Shown: positions 13,367-26,020, counted from the first letter of the stretch. The stretch: DNA of 64,000 nt from Diplonema japonicum (GCA_964019335.1 OZ025676.1:310001-374000), one strand, 5' to 3'. A program made the numbers and translations. The notes: generated by a model from the letters alone, not told the origin.

Positions 13367-13699
13367 TCAACTGTTCGTGTGGATGTTGAACCGCAGCTCC
13401 TGTACCTCTTCCTTTAATATTTGTATTTCCCTTACAAGCGTCTCGAGAAGCTCGTCATGCTTGCACTGGTCCTTCTCCCAGAAGCTCCACATAGCGTACA
13501 GTAGAGGGGTGATGCACAGGACGGTGAGGTAAGGCAAGTATGTGAACAACGTGTGTAAAATGACGTCCCTTGGCGCACCAAGGGCATCTCGCTTCAAGCT
13601 TTTCCGCTGCTTTATCTCCTTCAACAGCGAAGAGAGATCTTCGTTCGACGTGCCGTAAGGGGAAGCCTTCCTCTCTCGTGTGGGGTCATCTCTTACCAT
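13367..13699 (-). CDS. Small single-pass membrane protein with coiled-coil C-terminus
   Basis: 110-aa ORF from MVRDDP with one hydrophobic helix. Confidence 0.5.
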   Translation of the reverse strand: MVRDDPTRERKASPYGTSNEDLSSLLKEIKQRKSLKRDALGAPRDVILHTLFTYLPYLTVLCITPLLYAMWSFWEKDQCKHDELLETLVREIQILKEEVQELRFNIHTNS

Positions 13700-13804
13700 A
13701 TTTCCCCCCCTTCCCTCCCCTTTTTTTTTTTTTTGCACACGGAGCAGAACTTGTTAAATAAAGAAAAAAAAAAAAAAAACACTGATTTTCTTCTTTTTTT
13801 TTTT

Positions 13805-15065
13805 TCATTCCCGCTTTTTTCTCCGTATTAAAAGCACCCGGAGGGGGTGGCACCGGTTTTGTTCAGCAGAATAGTCGCACCAATCGGAGGATGGGAGCCC
13901 CCAGATCCTGCAAAGAACGTGGGAAGGCCCCAACGAAGGGGGGGTGAGATGCGTTGATGCCTGCCCAGTGTAAGCAGGGAGGTAAAGAGTAGTGTCGGCG
14001 TCCATGTCGCCGCAGGTTGGGTGGAGGTCCGGTGTCTCGACAGCAAGAGGGTCGTACTCTGACGATGCAGTAGACCGCGAGCCCTCTTCAACATCATAAG
14101 GGTTCTTAGGCATATCGACCACAGGAAGAAGCGGTTTCACGAACTCCTCAAACGATATCGGAGTGATACGCCCATTTGTCACAGCAGATAGTTGTGAAGC
14201 GAGTGCCTGTAGTCGTTTTGCCTTCTCCACTCTCCCTACCACCGATGTTGTGTGAGCAAGTACGTCCCCAATAACCCCTTGAAGATGCGGGGCATCTACC
14301 AATGCTTCAGTGATCCTTGTTGTGAGCAAATCCATGAATGACGCCACTGCACCGGAGTCGATCGTCCATTTTGTAGGCGGGAGTGGCTGTGGGTTTTTTT
14401 TTTTTTTTTTTTTTTTCTTTCTTTTTTGCTACCTTGACAGGTGAGGGTAGCCGTTCACCCTTAATCCATGATTTTTCAACTTGTTTGGTCCAGCCGACTA
14501 CTTTTCCGGCGGCTTGTTCGTCTACCTTGTCCCATTCTTCTTCGATCGTTTGCGAGAAATTCTCCTCCGCGCCGAAGAAGCGCAGCGCCTCGAACGTCAA
14601 AGGGATGCCCTTGTCCTCCCCGTGCTTTTCAATTTCGTTGAGTTCGATAATGATCTAAAGGTGTAATAAAATTATGAAAAAAAAAAAAAAAAAGGAAAAA
14701 AAAAATACCCTTGATGATAATGATGTGCTTTGTTTCCACACTGCCACCATGTCCCATATTGCTTTTCTGTCTGTGTTCAGCAGTGCCCCTTCAACCAACC
14801 TTACTATATGTTTTGAAACCAATTCGAGCATTTCTGGGACGTTGGCCATTTCATGGATCACATTGAGGACAGCAATTCGAAGACCCGCCTTGACGTCTAG
14901 ACAGGTTTGTACCGCGGCTTCTACTAGCAATGGGTAGATCGCGGGGTCGTCTTCTTCTTGCTCTTCTGACCAGTCCACTTCTATTATTTTCATGCATCCA
15001 GCGATGCCTTCTTCTGTGTCCGCCTCTTGCAACAACTCTTTAAAAGCTTCGACTGCTTCTTCCAT
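13805..15065 (-). CDS. Hypothetical protein with CID (CTD-interacting)-like helical N-terminus; introns 14655-14708, 14387-14432
   Basis: Two GT-AG introns join ORFs 14655..15206, 14307..14600 and 13805..14347 in frame. LRIAVLNVIHEM...RKAIWDMVAVW resembles a CID fold (inference). Confidence 0.55.
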
Positions 15066-15881
15066 TTTATTTCTCTTTTTTTTTTTTTGCTTCTTTACTC
15101 GCCCTCCCTCTCCCTCCTGAATAAGAAATGAAAAATATGGGAATAAAAAAAGAAGAAAAGAAAAAAAAAAGAGGAAGCCTTCTCCCATATCTCTAAAACC
15201 TGTCAATCTTGGATTTTTGTGTTATTGAACCATTCCGAGGGAGTTTTGCAAAAAAAAAAAAAAAAAAAAAAAACTTTCGGGGTTGAAAGTTTTTTTTTTG
15301 TGGGCAACCCCTTATATTGCGTGGCACGGTGCATCGAGTGGGTTTTTTTTTTAACTTAACTCTTTCATTTTCGCAGTTTTTTGAAAAGATAAAAATTTAT
15401 GAGTCTTGCTAAACGGGTTTTAGATATGGGGCGTAAAAAAAAAAAAAAGGCGATGTTTAAGGGCAAATCCCACTTGAGGACCACCCTAAAAAAAAAAAGA
15501 GGAACAGAATTGTGTGGTCCCCCCCCCTCTCCATTCATTCTATTTTACAGTGTGCCGTGGTTTTCTTTTTTTCTCTCTTTTTTTTTTGCAAATGTACTCT
15601 TCCCTGAGAAAATCCTTTTTACCCCCATTGCCTTACTTTTTAATATTATCCTTTCCCCTTTTGGCGAGGGGTAGTGGGAAAGAGACAATACCCCCCCCCC
15701 CCCCCCCCCCAACAACAGCACACAAACTTCTTTTTTTTAAAAAATAAAGGAATTCAAAAAAAAAAAAAACTAAAACAGAACTGTATAATAAAAAAAAAAT
15801 GTAGCAGTTAGCGTGTGTAAGTCTCTATCCCAGAGTTCCCTCCCATATTTTTTTTCTCTCTCTCTCTCTCTCTCTCACTTT

Positions 15882-17250
15882 TCAGTTTTCAGGAACAGTT
15901 GTGGAAGCTTTTGCTGGTCTGCTTGAAGCATACACAAAAGGAAGGGAAGAGTAAAAGAGAAGGTACCCCGTAGAGGTAGAGGCCTGTGCGTGTTTTTTTT
16001 TCTTTTTTTTTCTTTTTTTTTTTTTCCCTTCCCCCTTTCCATACATCAGTGTGTGTTTCTGACCCGTAGCTTTGCGCAACTTCCCTCTCCGTGATAGGGG
16101 TTACCACATCGTCATCAAAGAGAGTCCACTGCGACCCGGCCTTGGCCATACACACATAGTGCCCCATGTTAGGACCCACCCCAAGATGGATGACCACAGC
16201 AAATAGATGATACTCATCGTCCGCCTTACAAAAAAAAAAATTTTTTTTTCCCCCACCCCTTGAAAAATTTCATACCTGTGACCCTTCCACAGGCAATCTG
16301 ATACTAAAAGGGAATGGAACGCGGTATGACAGTTTGCAGTGTCGGCCGTACTCTTCTATGTATTTGAATCGTTTCAGGTGGATGGCAAGGATAGGGGGAG
16401 CTCTCTTCATTTTCAACGACCGTCGGGCCTCTTGCAAAGATCTGCAAGAATCGCAGTGAAACTTATTGTCCCTGTCCATGGTCTCCCCTTTTGAGAAGTT
16501 GCGCAGAACCGCAAGAAGAGAAACATTTTGATCAATATCAACAGAGAGTCCGAGAAACTCCTCCTCTCGAGACGTGACAGATTCGCAGGAAAGGCACCGC
16601 ATTTCAGCAGCAAAGGTACCTTCGAAAAATTCTTGAACAAGAGTAGGGGGTTCCGAAGCTTTCTTACCGGGCTTTTTTTTCTCGGGGGTGGCGGTGGAGC
16701 CGTTGTTACTACTCGAACCAGTTGTGCTGCAACAGCTGTTCTCCTTTTTAATGAAGGTTACGGTTGCATCTGGGACACCAGGAAGCGGGCCTACTTTTCC
16801 ATTGTCTGAAACCGTTCCCGCAGAACCCGTTTCATCATTGTTCTCACTTCTCACCACCGTTCGAATGGTGTCTGAAATGTCATTGAGGAGATAAACAAAG
16901 AACTCGTGGGTGTCTTGCTGTTGAAATGATGCAAAAACATGGGATTGCGCCCGCATTTTTTGTATCAGTTTTTTCGGCCCGTTTCGAATGGACCGTTTTT
17001 TCGTGTGTTGCAGCTGGTAGAACAGCTCTCCTATGCACTCCAACAAGCTTTCTTGAGACAACCCACCTTGCTCACAATACCGTAATATTTCTGTTCTGAA
17101 GGGTATGCACCAGTATAGAGCCTGCAGTACGCTATTGACGTAGCACGTGTTGCCTATGTTTTCCAGGCCTATCTTGTTGTCGGTCACATCGGCGATGCTT
17201 CCAGGGGCTGCCTTTAAATGGCGGATCGGCTTGCTTCCATCCGTACCCAT
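15882..17250 (-). CDS. Ubiquitin-specific protease, USP12/46-like; introns 16225-16275, 15984-16044
   Basis: Cys box GLENIGNTCYVNSVLQAL, QQDTHEF, His box VVIHLGVGPNMGHY, FDDD, terminal GYLLFY after splicing. Confidence 0.92.
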
Positions 17251-17313
17251 TGTGGCATTACCCAGACCCAGACAACACCACTTGCTTTGAGAAAACGTCT
17301 TCTTTTTTCCACC

Positions 17314-17314
17314 C

Positions 17315-17355
<41 letters not shown>
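17314..17355. repeat. (TTA)n microsatellite in the USP 5' region
   Basis: About 14 tandem TTA units. Confidence 0.9.
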
Positions 17356-17357
<2 letters not shown>

Positions 17358-18054
17358 TTTCCCCTCCGTTGGTGCCCACTTTGCCCTTCTCCTTTTTTTA
17401 AAAAAAAATCTTTTTTTTGGAATTTTTCATACAAATATATAAAAGGATAGAAGCGGGGGAAAAAAAAAAATGTGTGGGGAGAAATAAGTAACGGGGGGGG
17501 GGGGGGGCAGAAGCGATAAAAAGAGAAGAAAAAAAAGAAATGAGGAGAAGGGGGGGGGGGGGGGGGTCAACATGGAGGAATAAGTAAGAAGAAAAATAAA
17601 TAAAAAACTAAAGGCCAAAAAAGAAAAAAAAAAGAAGAAAAGGATGTGCTTCGGATAACTATGGAGAAGAAAATAAAAAAGAAAAATTCAAATTGCGACT
17701 AAGAAAGAAATGGGGTAGGGGGAGGTGTTGCCGCCATGGTTATCAGTGTGTTTTGAGGTATCATTTTTTTTTCTTTATTATTATTAAGGGTTAGGGAATT
17801 TCTAAAATAAAAAAAATGAATCTCGCTTTTTTTTTTTTTTTTTTTTTTTTCTTCTTCCTTTTTATTTTCTTTCTTCTCCCATTTCCAAAACCGAAGATCA
17901 CGACGTACTTTTTTTTTTCCCCACATGGATTCAAAAAAAAAACCCCCCATTCTTTCTTGTGTTTTCCCCACCCCCCCTTTTTTTTAAAAAAAAGGAAAAA
18001 AAAAAAAAAAAAAAAAACTAAAATCAAAAAAAAAAATAGAATAAAAACGGCTTC

Positions 18055-19679
18055 TTAAATAGCCTTGGGGTGTAGCGCATGCTCCGGCTTAAAGTTGTAA
18101 AGCAACGCAGCACGAAGGCCGATCTGCGATTTTTTTTTTTTTTTTTTTTTTTTTTCCCAAAAAAAAAAAAAAAAAAAAGAAAAAAACCATACCTCACCAT
18201 AAGGGTCCCACCTCTTCAAGTCTTCAACGAAAACTTTACCAAGATCGTCAGAAAGGATTCCCTCCCAACCATAAATGGCCCCCGCCATCTGACCAGCAAT
18301 GGCACCGGTAGTGTCTGCGTCACCAAGAAGGTTAACAGTCCTTACGATACAATCACTGAAACTGGAAGAATGGTGCAGCGCCCACAACGCCATGGACAGC
18401 CCATCCATGCAATATGCCCCCCAATAAGTAGGTATCACTGGGTAGCCATTGTACCTTCCGTCTTCGGACATCCTTCTATTTTTAATAGCTTCAGCCACAC
18501 GGAGCTCAGGGAGCTTCCAATCCCAGTTGCACTCTCTGTTAGAAGGCGGCGAGCACACCAACAACTTTTCTAGTTTCTGCAGCCCGGTATCAGACCCCGA
18601 GGGGTGCGTTTTTACAAAATCCGCAATGGTAGAATCAATGAAACCCTTAACATCATTTATGGGACCCTTTCCGTTCTTGTGCTGTGTTATGGCAGTGCTT
18701 ATCAGGTACGTCATGAACTTACAACATGCGACCGCGTCAGGCCCAGGATGGGTACCTCGCGACTGTCGTTCAGCTACTGCTTCACCAGATGGGATGTCGT
18801 CATGGTAGGCAATAGGGACAGGTGCCAGCCTCATGATGGAACCGTTGCCTGCGTCTTCATTTTTGGAACCATAGATTGAAGGGACTCGGTCGGGAACATG
18901 GTTTCCTGCACCGAGATCGTCGATCTCAGCGATCGACATGGCGATATTCCCCCCGAGGCCCACTGAACCGCGTGTGCAGTATTTTGTTCCGGTTGAGGTC
19001 TCAATGTACGGTGCTTCAAAGCGGAAGGCGTTGTTGTACCCATGGTTCCACCACATGTGCCATCTGATCCTCGCATCACCTCCATGGTAGCCTTTGTTCA
19101 CCAGCAAGCTGTCTGCTAAGCAAAGTGACATTGAAGCGTCATCTGTCCATTGTCCAGGGCGGAGGGAGAATTTATTTAAAGCGTTGCAGTATTCAACCCT
19201 GTCTCTGCCTTCTCGTGATGTTGGTTTGGGTAGCATATGAGGGCGTCTTGCTGGGTACTGGCCCCGTTCGTCTGGTAGTGAGCTGTTGACACAGACGAAC
19301 TCCATGGGGTGGCCGACGGCATCGCCGATGGTGAGGCCGATGAGGCTTGCGATGGCAGCCCCGCATCCGTTGTCTTTTGCAGCTTCCCTCACCAAGCCCC
19401 AACCTTTCTCACAATTTTGAGCGTGGGGGGCTGTTTCGCTGCTGTGTCCTGGAGAAGGTGGCGTGCCGTCTGTTCCGAAAACTTTGTTAAAAATACTGTG
19501 GTAGACCTTGTTCGTGTCCTGTGTGTGTAGTGTGTGTGTGTGTGTGTAGTGTGTGTGTGGGGAAGAAAAAAAAATACCTGAGGATACTGCATTTCAAACG
19601 GGATTGACTCCACCACAACCTCTTCTCTGTCCAAGCCATCATATAACTTCTTCAGCATTTCGAGTGCTGTCGTTGACAT
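18055..19679 (-). CDS. ADP-ribosylglycohydrolase (ARH/DraG family); introns 19519-19577 and 18124-18192
   Basis: IGDAVG, WTDD, GNGSIMRLAP, THP and GDADTTGAIAG motifs all intact. Confidence 0.9.
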
Positions 19680-21010
19680 TTTTTTTTCTTTTTTTTCCGT
19701 GTAGACTGTGCTTTTTGTGTTGCGAGAGGCTTAAAAAAAAAAAAAATAGGGGAGATAATAAGAATACGGGAGGGGTGGGAAGAGAGAGAAGAAGAAAAAG
19801 AAGAAGAAAAAAGAATACTTTTTGTTTAAAGTTAAGGAGGATGGATGGAGGAGGAGATTTTTTCTAGGAGAGAGAAAAAAAAAATAAGAGAAAATAATAA
19901 GGGGAGGGGAGGTGTAAATGTTTAAACAATAAAATGGTTTTTTCATCCCCCCCACTGGTGTCAGCGTGCCCTTAACGTCTTAACGCAATAGGGTGGGGGG
20001 GATGAAAAAAAAGGGGGGGTATTCTTTTCTTTTCTTTTCTTATTCTTTTTTTTTTTCTTCTTTTTTTCTGCAGATTTCTTTTCACATTTCTTTGAGAATC
20101 ATTCTTTTTCCATGTTCAAACCCCCCTACACGACGGAAAGGACAAGTTTTTTTTTTTTTTTTTTTTTTTTGTTGAAAAAACTCTTTAAAAATAAGATTTT
20201 ACCCTTTGTGTAAATGTTTGAACCCTTATAAAGATGGAGGACAACAAAGAGAGAGAAAAGAAAAACACCTGGGTATTTTTTTTTTTTTTTTGTCTCGTCT
20301 CGTCTCGCCTCAAAAAAAAAAAAAAAAACCCATTCAAGACAAGCCGCCAGGAAGGTGCACTAAAACACTCCTGGAGATACGCCTTAAAATAAAAAAAGGA
20401 TGCTTTCTGACTTTTCTTCTTTTTTTTTTTTTGGTTGTTTTTTTTTTTTCTTCTTTTCTTTTGACGGTTCACTTAGGGCCGGAAAAAAAAAGGGGGGAAT
20501 TTTTAAGGTGAATGGGAGGGAACGAAGTTTAGGAGTTGAGTGTACTTTTTTTTCAACAAAAAAAAACAAAGAAAAAAGAAAAGAAAAGCCAGTCGAATAA
20601 CGGGAAGGAAAAGGACGGAAAAAAAAGAGGGAGGAAGTTTATTAGGACACGACACACCAAGCGGGGAAAAAGATCCCCCCCCCCCCCCCCCCCTCTTTCA
20701 CTCTTTTTGGTCCGAAATCCCAGCAAAACTTTAAAAGTGTGCTTGCAGAGCAACATTTGTTTGGAGACAGCACACTTTCAAGCCCGGGGTAAACCTCCGA
20801 AAGTTGCTTGCCCAGAAGATAAAAAAAGGACCAAAAAAAGAGGAGGGCGATGAGGGGGAGGGAGAAGAAGAAAAAGAAGGGTTCCTTCTTCTTTCTCTCG
20901 TATTGCACAAAAAAAAACAGTCCTTGTGTTTCACATTCCGACGCACGAAGGGAGTGCAGCTTTCCAGATTAGTAAAGCTTGTCCCCCTGCCTGATGCATT
21001 TCAAACTTTC

Positions 21011-21079
<69 letters not shown>

Positions 21080-21561
21080 CTCACTTCGTCATTTTCTTCA
21101 CTCACTATGGGGCCTCATAATTTCGCGAAAAAGCCCATCTTTTTGGGGGTGGGGTATTTTGACTATTTTTGGCCATCTGAGGCCATTCCTGCCCCTTGCT
21201 TTACCCCCCCCCAAAAAAATGCAACAGCGAAATAGCTACCCCCGTACTTAGGGAAATAGTGAAGAGTGAGTGACTCAAATGATGAAGCGTGAAATAAATC
21301 GACTTTCTTGTCGCCAAATGAGCCATTATTAACACTCGTTACAGTTTTTTTTTTCTTCTTCTTCTTTTTTTTTTGCACAAGGGCAGAGTTAAATAATGAC
21401 TCGACTAGTTGGCAATAAATAGCTTTTCTTTTTTTTTTTTTTTTATTGACTCTAGCAGAGTCATTTGTTGTCATTTTTTTTTTTCGTGGGGCCTCGCACT
21501 AATTGTTTCTTTCGCCCTTTGTAGTAATACAACAAAGAAAAGAGAGATTTTTTTTTTTTTA

Positions 21562-22140
21562 TTATTTCACTCTTCAGAAATTACTTCACGCACTGGGGGG
21601 CCCATTACTTCACGGTGAAATAATGGCCTGTTTTCCGTGAAGTAATAGGGGGTTTCCGTTAAATAATATGCCTCGGTAGGCCAATTTTTGCCTCGGTTCG
21701 GTTCCCAGTGGGGCTACTTTTTCCTCTCAGTTTGCTATTTCCCCCCAGGTTCAGCTCAATTGGCCAACTTTTGCCTCGGCTCAGTTCCAAGTTGGACTAC
21801 TTTTTCCTCCCAATTTGCCCACTTTTGGCTAGGCCTTGTTCCCAGTTTCTGGGGGTAACTCTTCTGCGGGTAAGGGTAACTTAGTCAGCTTACCCAAGCT
21901 CCCCAAAAGACTTCAAAATACCGAAGCAGCAGAAAAAAAAGAGCCAGCGGCCGCGCCAGGTATGGGAAGGCCTGATTAGAGATGGTGACAGTGGCAATGC
22001 CAGCGACAGCGGCAGCTCCTAGTCAACAAAAGGAGGGAAAACAACTTGTATTGTAACCTTTGTAACCCCTCTCTTGTTGTACCCCTTGTCACCCTGTTGT
22101 GCCCCTCGTGGTGAAGTAATTTCAGAGTGTCGCGAAATAA
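21562..22140. mobile_element. Non-autonomous element with imperfect TIRs and internal repeats (MITE-like)
   Basis: Left end TTATTTC..CTCT..GAAATTACTTCACGCAC is the imperfect reverse complement of right end GTGGTGAAGTAATTTCAGAG..GAAATAA. ATTACTTCACG is reiterated in both orientations; imperfect direct repeats at ~21680 and ~21762. Confidence 0.5.
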
Positions 22141-22146
22141 AACCAC

Positions 22147-22275
22147 TTACCTACCGCCAAGTAATGCTTTACCGACCTCTCGGTTCCGCGTTTTACCATC
22201 TCGGGCCCTGCGGGCACTCGACGGTAAAATGCGGAACCTCGAGGTAACGGTAAAGTCATTACTTGTTGGCAGTAA
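22147..22275. repeat. Long imperfect palindrome (~55-bp arms)
   Basis: CAAGTAATGCTTTACCG..GGTTCCGCGTTTTACC pairs with GGTAAAATGCGGAACC..CGGTAAAGTCATTACTTG around a GC-rich loop. Confidence 0.75.
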
Positions 22276-22472
22276 ATAGCTATTTTTTTTTTTTAGAAAT
22301 GGAAGAAAAACAAACAAAAAAAAGTACTGTTCATTTAGCCCTTTTGCAAGCTTAGTTTGCTAATGTTGGGGCCAAGAGCAAAAAAAAAAAAAAAAGAGAG
22401 AAAGAAAATACATAAAATATAAAACACTAACACAGCGATCATGCAATAAAGGGGTAGGGGAATAATAATAAA

Positions 22473-22674
22473 CTCAAAGTACAGGACAAGCCCCCCGCTA
22501 GAGGGCCGCCCTATGGGAGGGGGGGGGGGGGGTCTATCTGTTAATACTCCCCTTCTGGAGCATTGCTTTCATCCCGATTGTGGCTGTGAGCGTCTTGCGG
22601 AGTCGTGTGATGCGATCCCGCTTGTAGGCGGCCTTCAAATCCATCAGCTTGTCGTGCGTGGACTGGGTAGCAAA
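22473..22674 (-). mobile_element. 5'-truncated solo copy of the non-LTR element 3' end found at 39075-39286
   Basis: ~200 bp near-identical to 39075-39286; flanked by candidate 9-bp TSD AATAATAAA (22464-22472 and 22675-22683). Confidence 0.8.
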
Positions 22675-23364
22675 AATAATAAATCGTCCGAGATTACTCT
22701 TGTGCACCAGACGAAAATCATCAGGTTCCCAAGGCTGGCCCGAAAAGATTGTCGAGTCTTAAAAATGGGGGTAAAAATCCCTATTCCCCCCTCCCGAGAC
22801 CTTTCTCTTGTCTGGGACAAACGAGACGTAGATAAAAACAGATGAAAGAAAAGAATCAAGAAGAATCAATATTAGATAAAAAAAAGATTGACTGTAAAAA
22901 AAGGCGGGAAGAATGTGGGAGAGGGTGGATATTCCCTTCACATGACTCACTGAAAAATCATGGTATAGTTTAAGTTTTTTTTTCCCCCTCTCTTTTGATT
23001 TTTAAAAGAGAGCAAAGGGGGGGGGGGGGGATAAATGGTAGGAATTATAAAAAAATTATCAAAAAAAAAAGAGGCCTGAACCTCAAAAAAAACTCACCTT
23101 ACGAAAGCCACTTTGAAAAAAGAGAAGAAATAATTAAAAAAAAAAAATGTCAGGAGCGTGGGCCCTGGTGTAAATATATATATATTTTTTCTTTTTTTCT
23201 TTCGTCTTGTTTACGGAAAAATAAAAATAAAAAAAAATTAGGAAAGGTTTTTAAAAAGGGGGGAATAGGGGAAGGGGAGGGGAAGGGGGTCTTTTGCTAC
23301 GACCATCATATTTCAGGTCTTTTTCTTCTTTGTTTTTTTACGGAGTTTTTCTTTCTTTTTCGTC

Positions 23365-23397
<33 letters not shown>

Positions 23398-23712
23398 GTT
23401 TTCTTTTCTTTTTTTTATTCCCGGATTTTGTTTCTTTTTTCAACAAAAAGAGTCGGTTGATTGTTGTTTGTGCACAGCCGGGATTAACCTGTAGAAGGAT
23501 AAGCCCAACAATGCTACCACTACTCTTTTTAGCAATAACAATTCATTATCAATATATTGTTTTTCTTGTTCATGCAAAAAAAAAAATTAGAAAAAAAAAA
23601 AGGGGGAGGGGAGGGAGGGGCGGGTGGGGGCGAACTTTTTTACACACAAAGGGATGAAAAGAACTACGTTTTCCATACTCCTTTCACAAGGAAAGAAAGA
23701 AAAAAAGTTCAC

Positions 23713-23743
<31 letters not shown>

Positions 23744-24336
23744 GAACAGAAATAATAATAAAAAAAGAGAGGAACAGGCCGTTGGTCTGTACGTGTGTCA
23801 CCTTCCCTACCCGAGTGCTTTCTACGGGATGGGTGGCTCCTAAACTTAGAGAAGTTTATAAGCCGATTACACGTTGCCAATATTCCCCTATTGTTGAGGG
23901 GACACCCCTACTTTTTTCTTCTTCTTTCTTTATGGGAAACGAGAAAGGAGGGAGATGGGAGGAGAGGAGTTTTCTTTTTGTGTTTGTATTCACACCAAAA
24001 CGGATTGGGGAAAAAAAAAAGTAAAAAAAAAAAAAAGAGAAAACTTCGGAATAGAAAACAGAGAAATAGAATAATAAAAAAAGATCATTACTATAATAAA
24101 AGGAAGAGAGAGAAAAAAAAGGGGGGAACTTTGGATCCCCTCTTTTGAATACACACCACCCTTAACGACGACGCTTGGGTGCAGTAAAGTAGTATGCTAG
24201 AGTAGTTTTTTTTTTTTTTTTTTTCTTTTTTCTCTTTTTTTTTTGTTCGCATAGAATTCCGCGATTTTAAAAAATTTTCAGTTTTTCAAAAAAAAGGGGG
24301 GGCAAAAAAAATGTGGTCCCCTCCCCCTCCCCTTCT

Positions 24337-25581
24337 TTAAGCTGCGTCAACATTATGAAATTCAAGAGCGGTCGAAATCGTGTCCACCCAGTTAGCTGCA
24401 TCCTCTTCCGTACGAACTTTAAAAAGGTGTGTTTTTCTCGATTTTGTATCTAACCCAAACACACACGGAGAGGGAGTGGGGTACACCTGCAACACATCAG
24501 TTAGAACCAAGGAGTGTTTCGGCGCAACGACAGGCGGCCGCTCGGTAACAGGCGACAGTGTGAGGTAACCCTGCGCGACGGAGAGCAGCGTATCGCGGAC
24601 GTTCCCGTTCAACCCTAGCTTCTGAACGATGTCCGTTTTCGTGGGTTGATGGGTCACCGCTGCTTTTGTTTGAATCAGCTCGGTGATGTGCTTAGCAAAG
24701 CAATTCTTTACATCGTCTGTAATGGCAGGGGCTTGTCGTACAGCAACGTCGAAAGCACGCAAACCCCTCTGGAAATAACCCAAGCTCAGGATCGCGGCGA
24801 TATCCGGTCGTTCCTCTGGATTTTTCTCGAGCATTCTGCTCAGAACCCCCAGAACTTCACCATCATCAACAAGATTCTCATCAAAATCAGCTTCAATAAC
24901 CCTGTCAGCAAGCTCCTCGACATCATCTGCCTTAAACGGCCTTGTCAATGTTGATGTTTCAAACATAACAACACCCATGGACCAGATATCGGTTTTGGGT
25001 GATGTGAACTGATCTGTCTCATGAAGGATGGACAGCCAGACTTCTGGTGGGAGGTAGTACGGGGTGCCTCGCAGAGTAGCTGCTTCATTGACAATGTGGG
25101 TGTTTCCTAACGAAGTAGAGACACCGAAGTCTCCGATTTGTAAAACACCGGTTTTGTTGAGGAAAATGTTGGTGGGTTTTACATCGTTGTGAGCGAAGCC
25201 GGCTTGGTGGACTGCTTGAACGGCCATGGCGATTTGAGTGCATATTAACAGAACCTCTAGTGATGAGAATCTTCTTCCGGTGGCGGAGCGGTTTTCTATT
25301 TGCATGGCGAGGTCCCCGCAGTCGGCTCGATTTGTGAGGATAACAATGCTGTCCGGTGTCCGGTAGCTCTCTAGGTACTCCACAATGTTAGGGTGCTGCA
25401 AGGCTTTCAGCACCTCTACCTCCATAATCGCTCGGGTCACTACACCGTCGTTTTCAGACAGGCCTGCAATGTCGATTATTTTAGCTACGCCTGTCTCCGT
25501 GTTGTAGACCGACCCGTGGGACCCGCTTGCCAGTTGTTTTTTCAAACCGGTGACGGCGTCTCGTAATGGAAGGGTTTGCAT
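24337..25581 (-). CDS. NEK-like Ser/Thr kinase with PH-like C-terminus
   Basis: LQHPNIVEY, ADCGDL, HNDVKPTNIFL, GDFG, GTPYYLPPE, DIWSMG; C-terminal FKVRTEEDAANWVDTI is PH-like. Confidence 0.85.
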   Translation of the reverse strand: MQTLPLRDAVTGLKKQLASGSHGSVYNTETGVAKIIDIAGLSENDGVVTRAIMEVEVLKALQHPNIVEYLESYRTPDSIVILTNRADCGDLAMQIENRSATGRRFSSLEVLLICTQIAMAVQAVHQAGFAHNDVKPTNIFLNKTGVLQIGDFGVSTSLGNTHIVNEAATLRGTPYYLPPEVWLSILHETDQFTSPKTDIWSMGVVMFETSTLTRPFKADDVEELADRVIEADFDENLVDDGEVLGVLSRMLEKNPEERPDIAAILSLGYFQRGLRAFDVAVRQAPAITDDVKNCFAKHITELIQTKAAVTHQPTKTDIVQKLGLNGNVRDTLLSVAQGYLTLSPVTERPPVVAPKHSLVLTDVLQVYPTPSPCVFGLDTKSRKTHLFKVRTEEDAANWVDTISTALEFHNVDAA

Positions 25582-25601
25582 TTTTTTTTTTTTCTTACCC
25601 C

Positions 25602-25636
<35 letters not shown>

Positions 25637-25984
25637 CCTGATAACGAATGAGGAAAAAAAAAAAAAAAATGCAAGGAGAGAGAAAAAAAAATTTTTTTTT
25701 TGTATAAAAAAGAAGTTTCAACTAAACTGTGAACAAAACGGGGGGCAAAATTTTAGATCTTCTGGGGGGGGGGGGTTTTTTTTTACCTTTGTACTTTCTT
25801 TTTTTACTTTTTCCCCCATCGGTCCTGTTTGACCTGCGTGGCGTCTTTCGGGGGGGGGGGTGTTCTTTTTTTTCACCCCGCGTATTTTTTTTTTTTTTTA
25901 AATTCACCTCTCCCCATCACCCGATCTCTTTTCTCCTTTTTTTTTTTAAATTGCTGACAATGAACAAACAAAAAAAAAAGAGGG

Positions 25985-26020
<36 letters not shown>

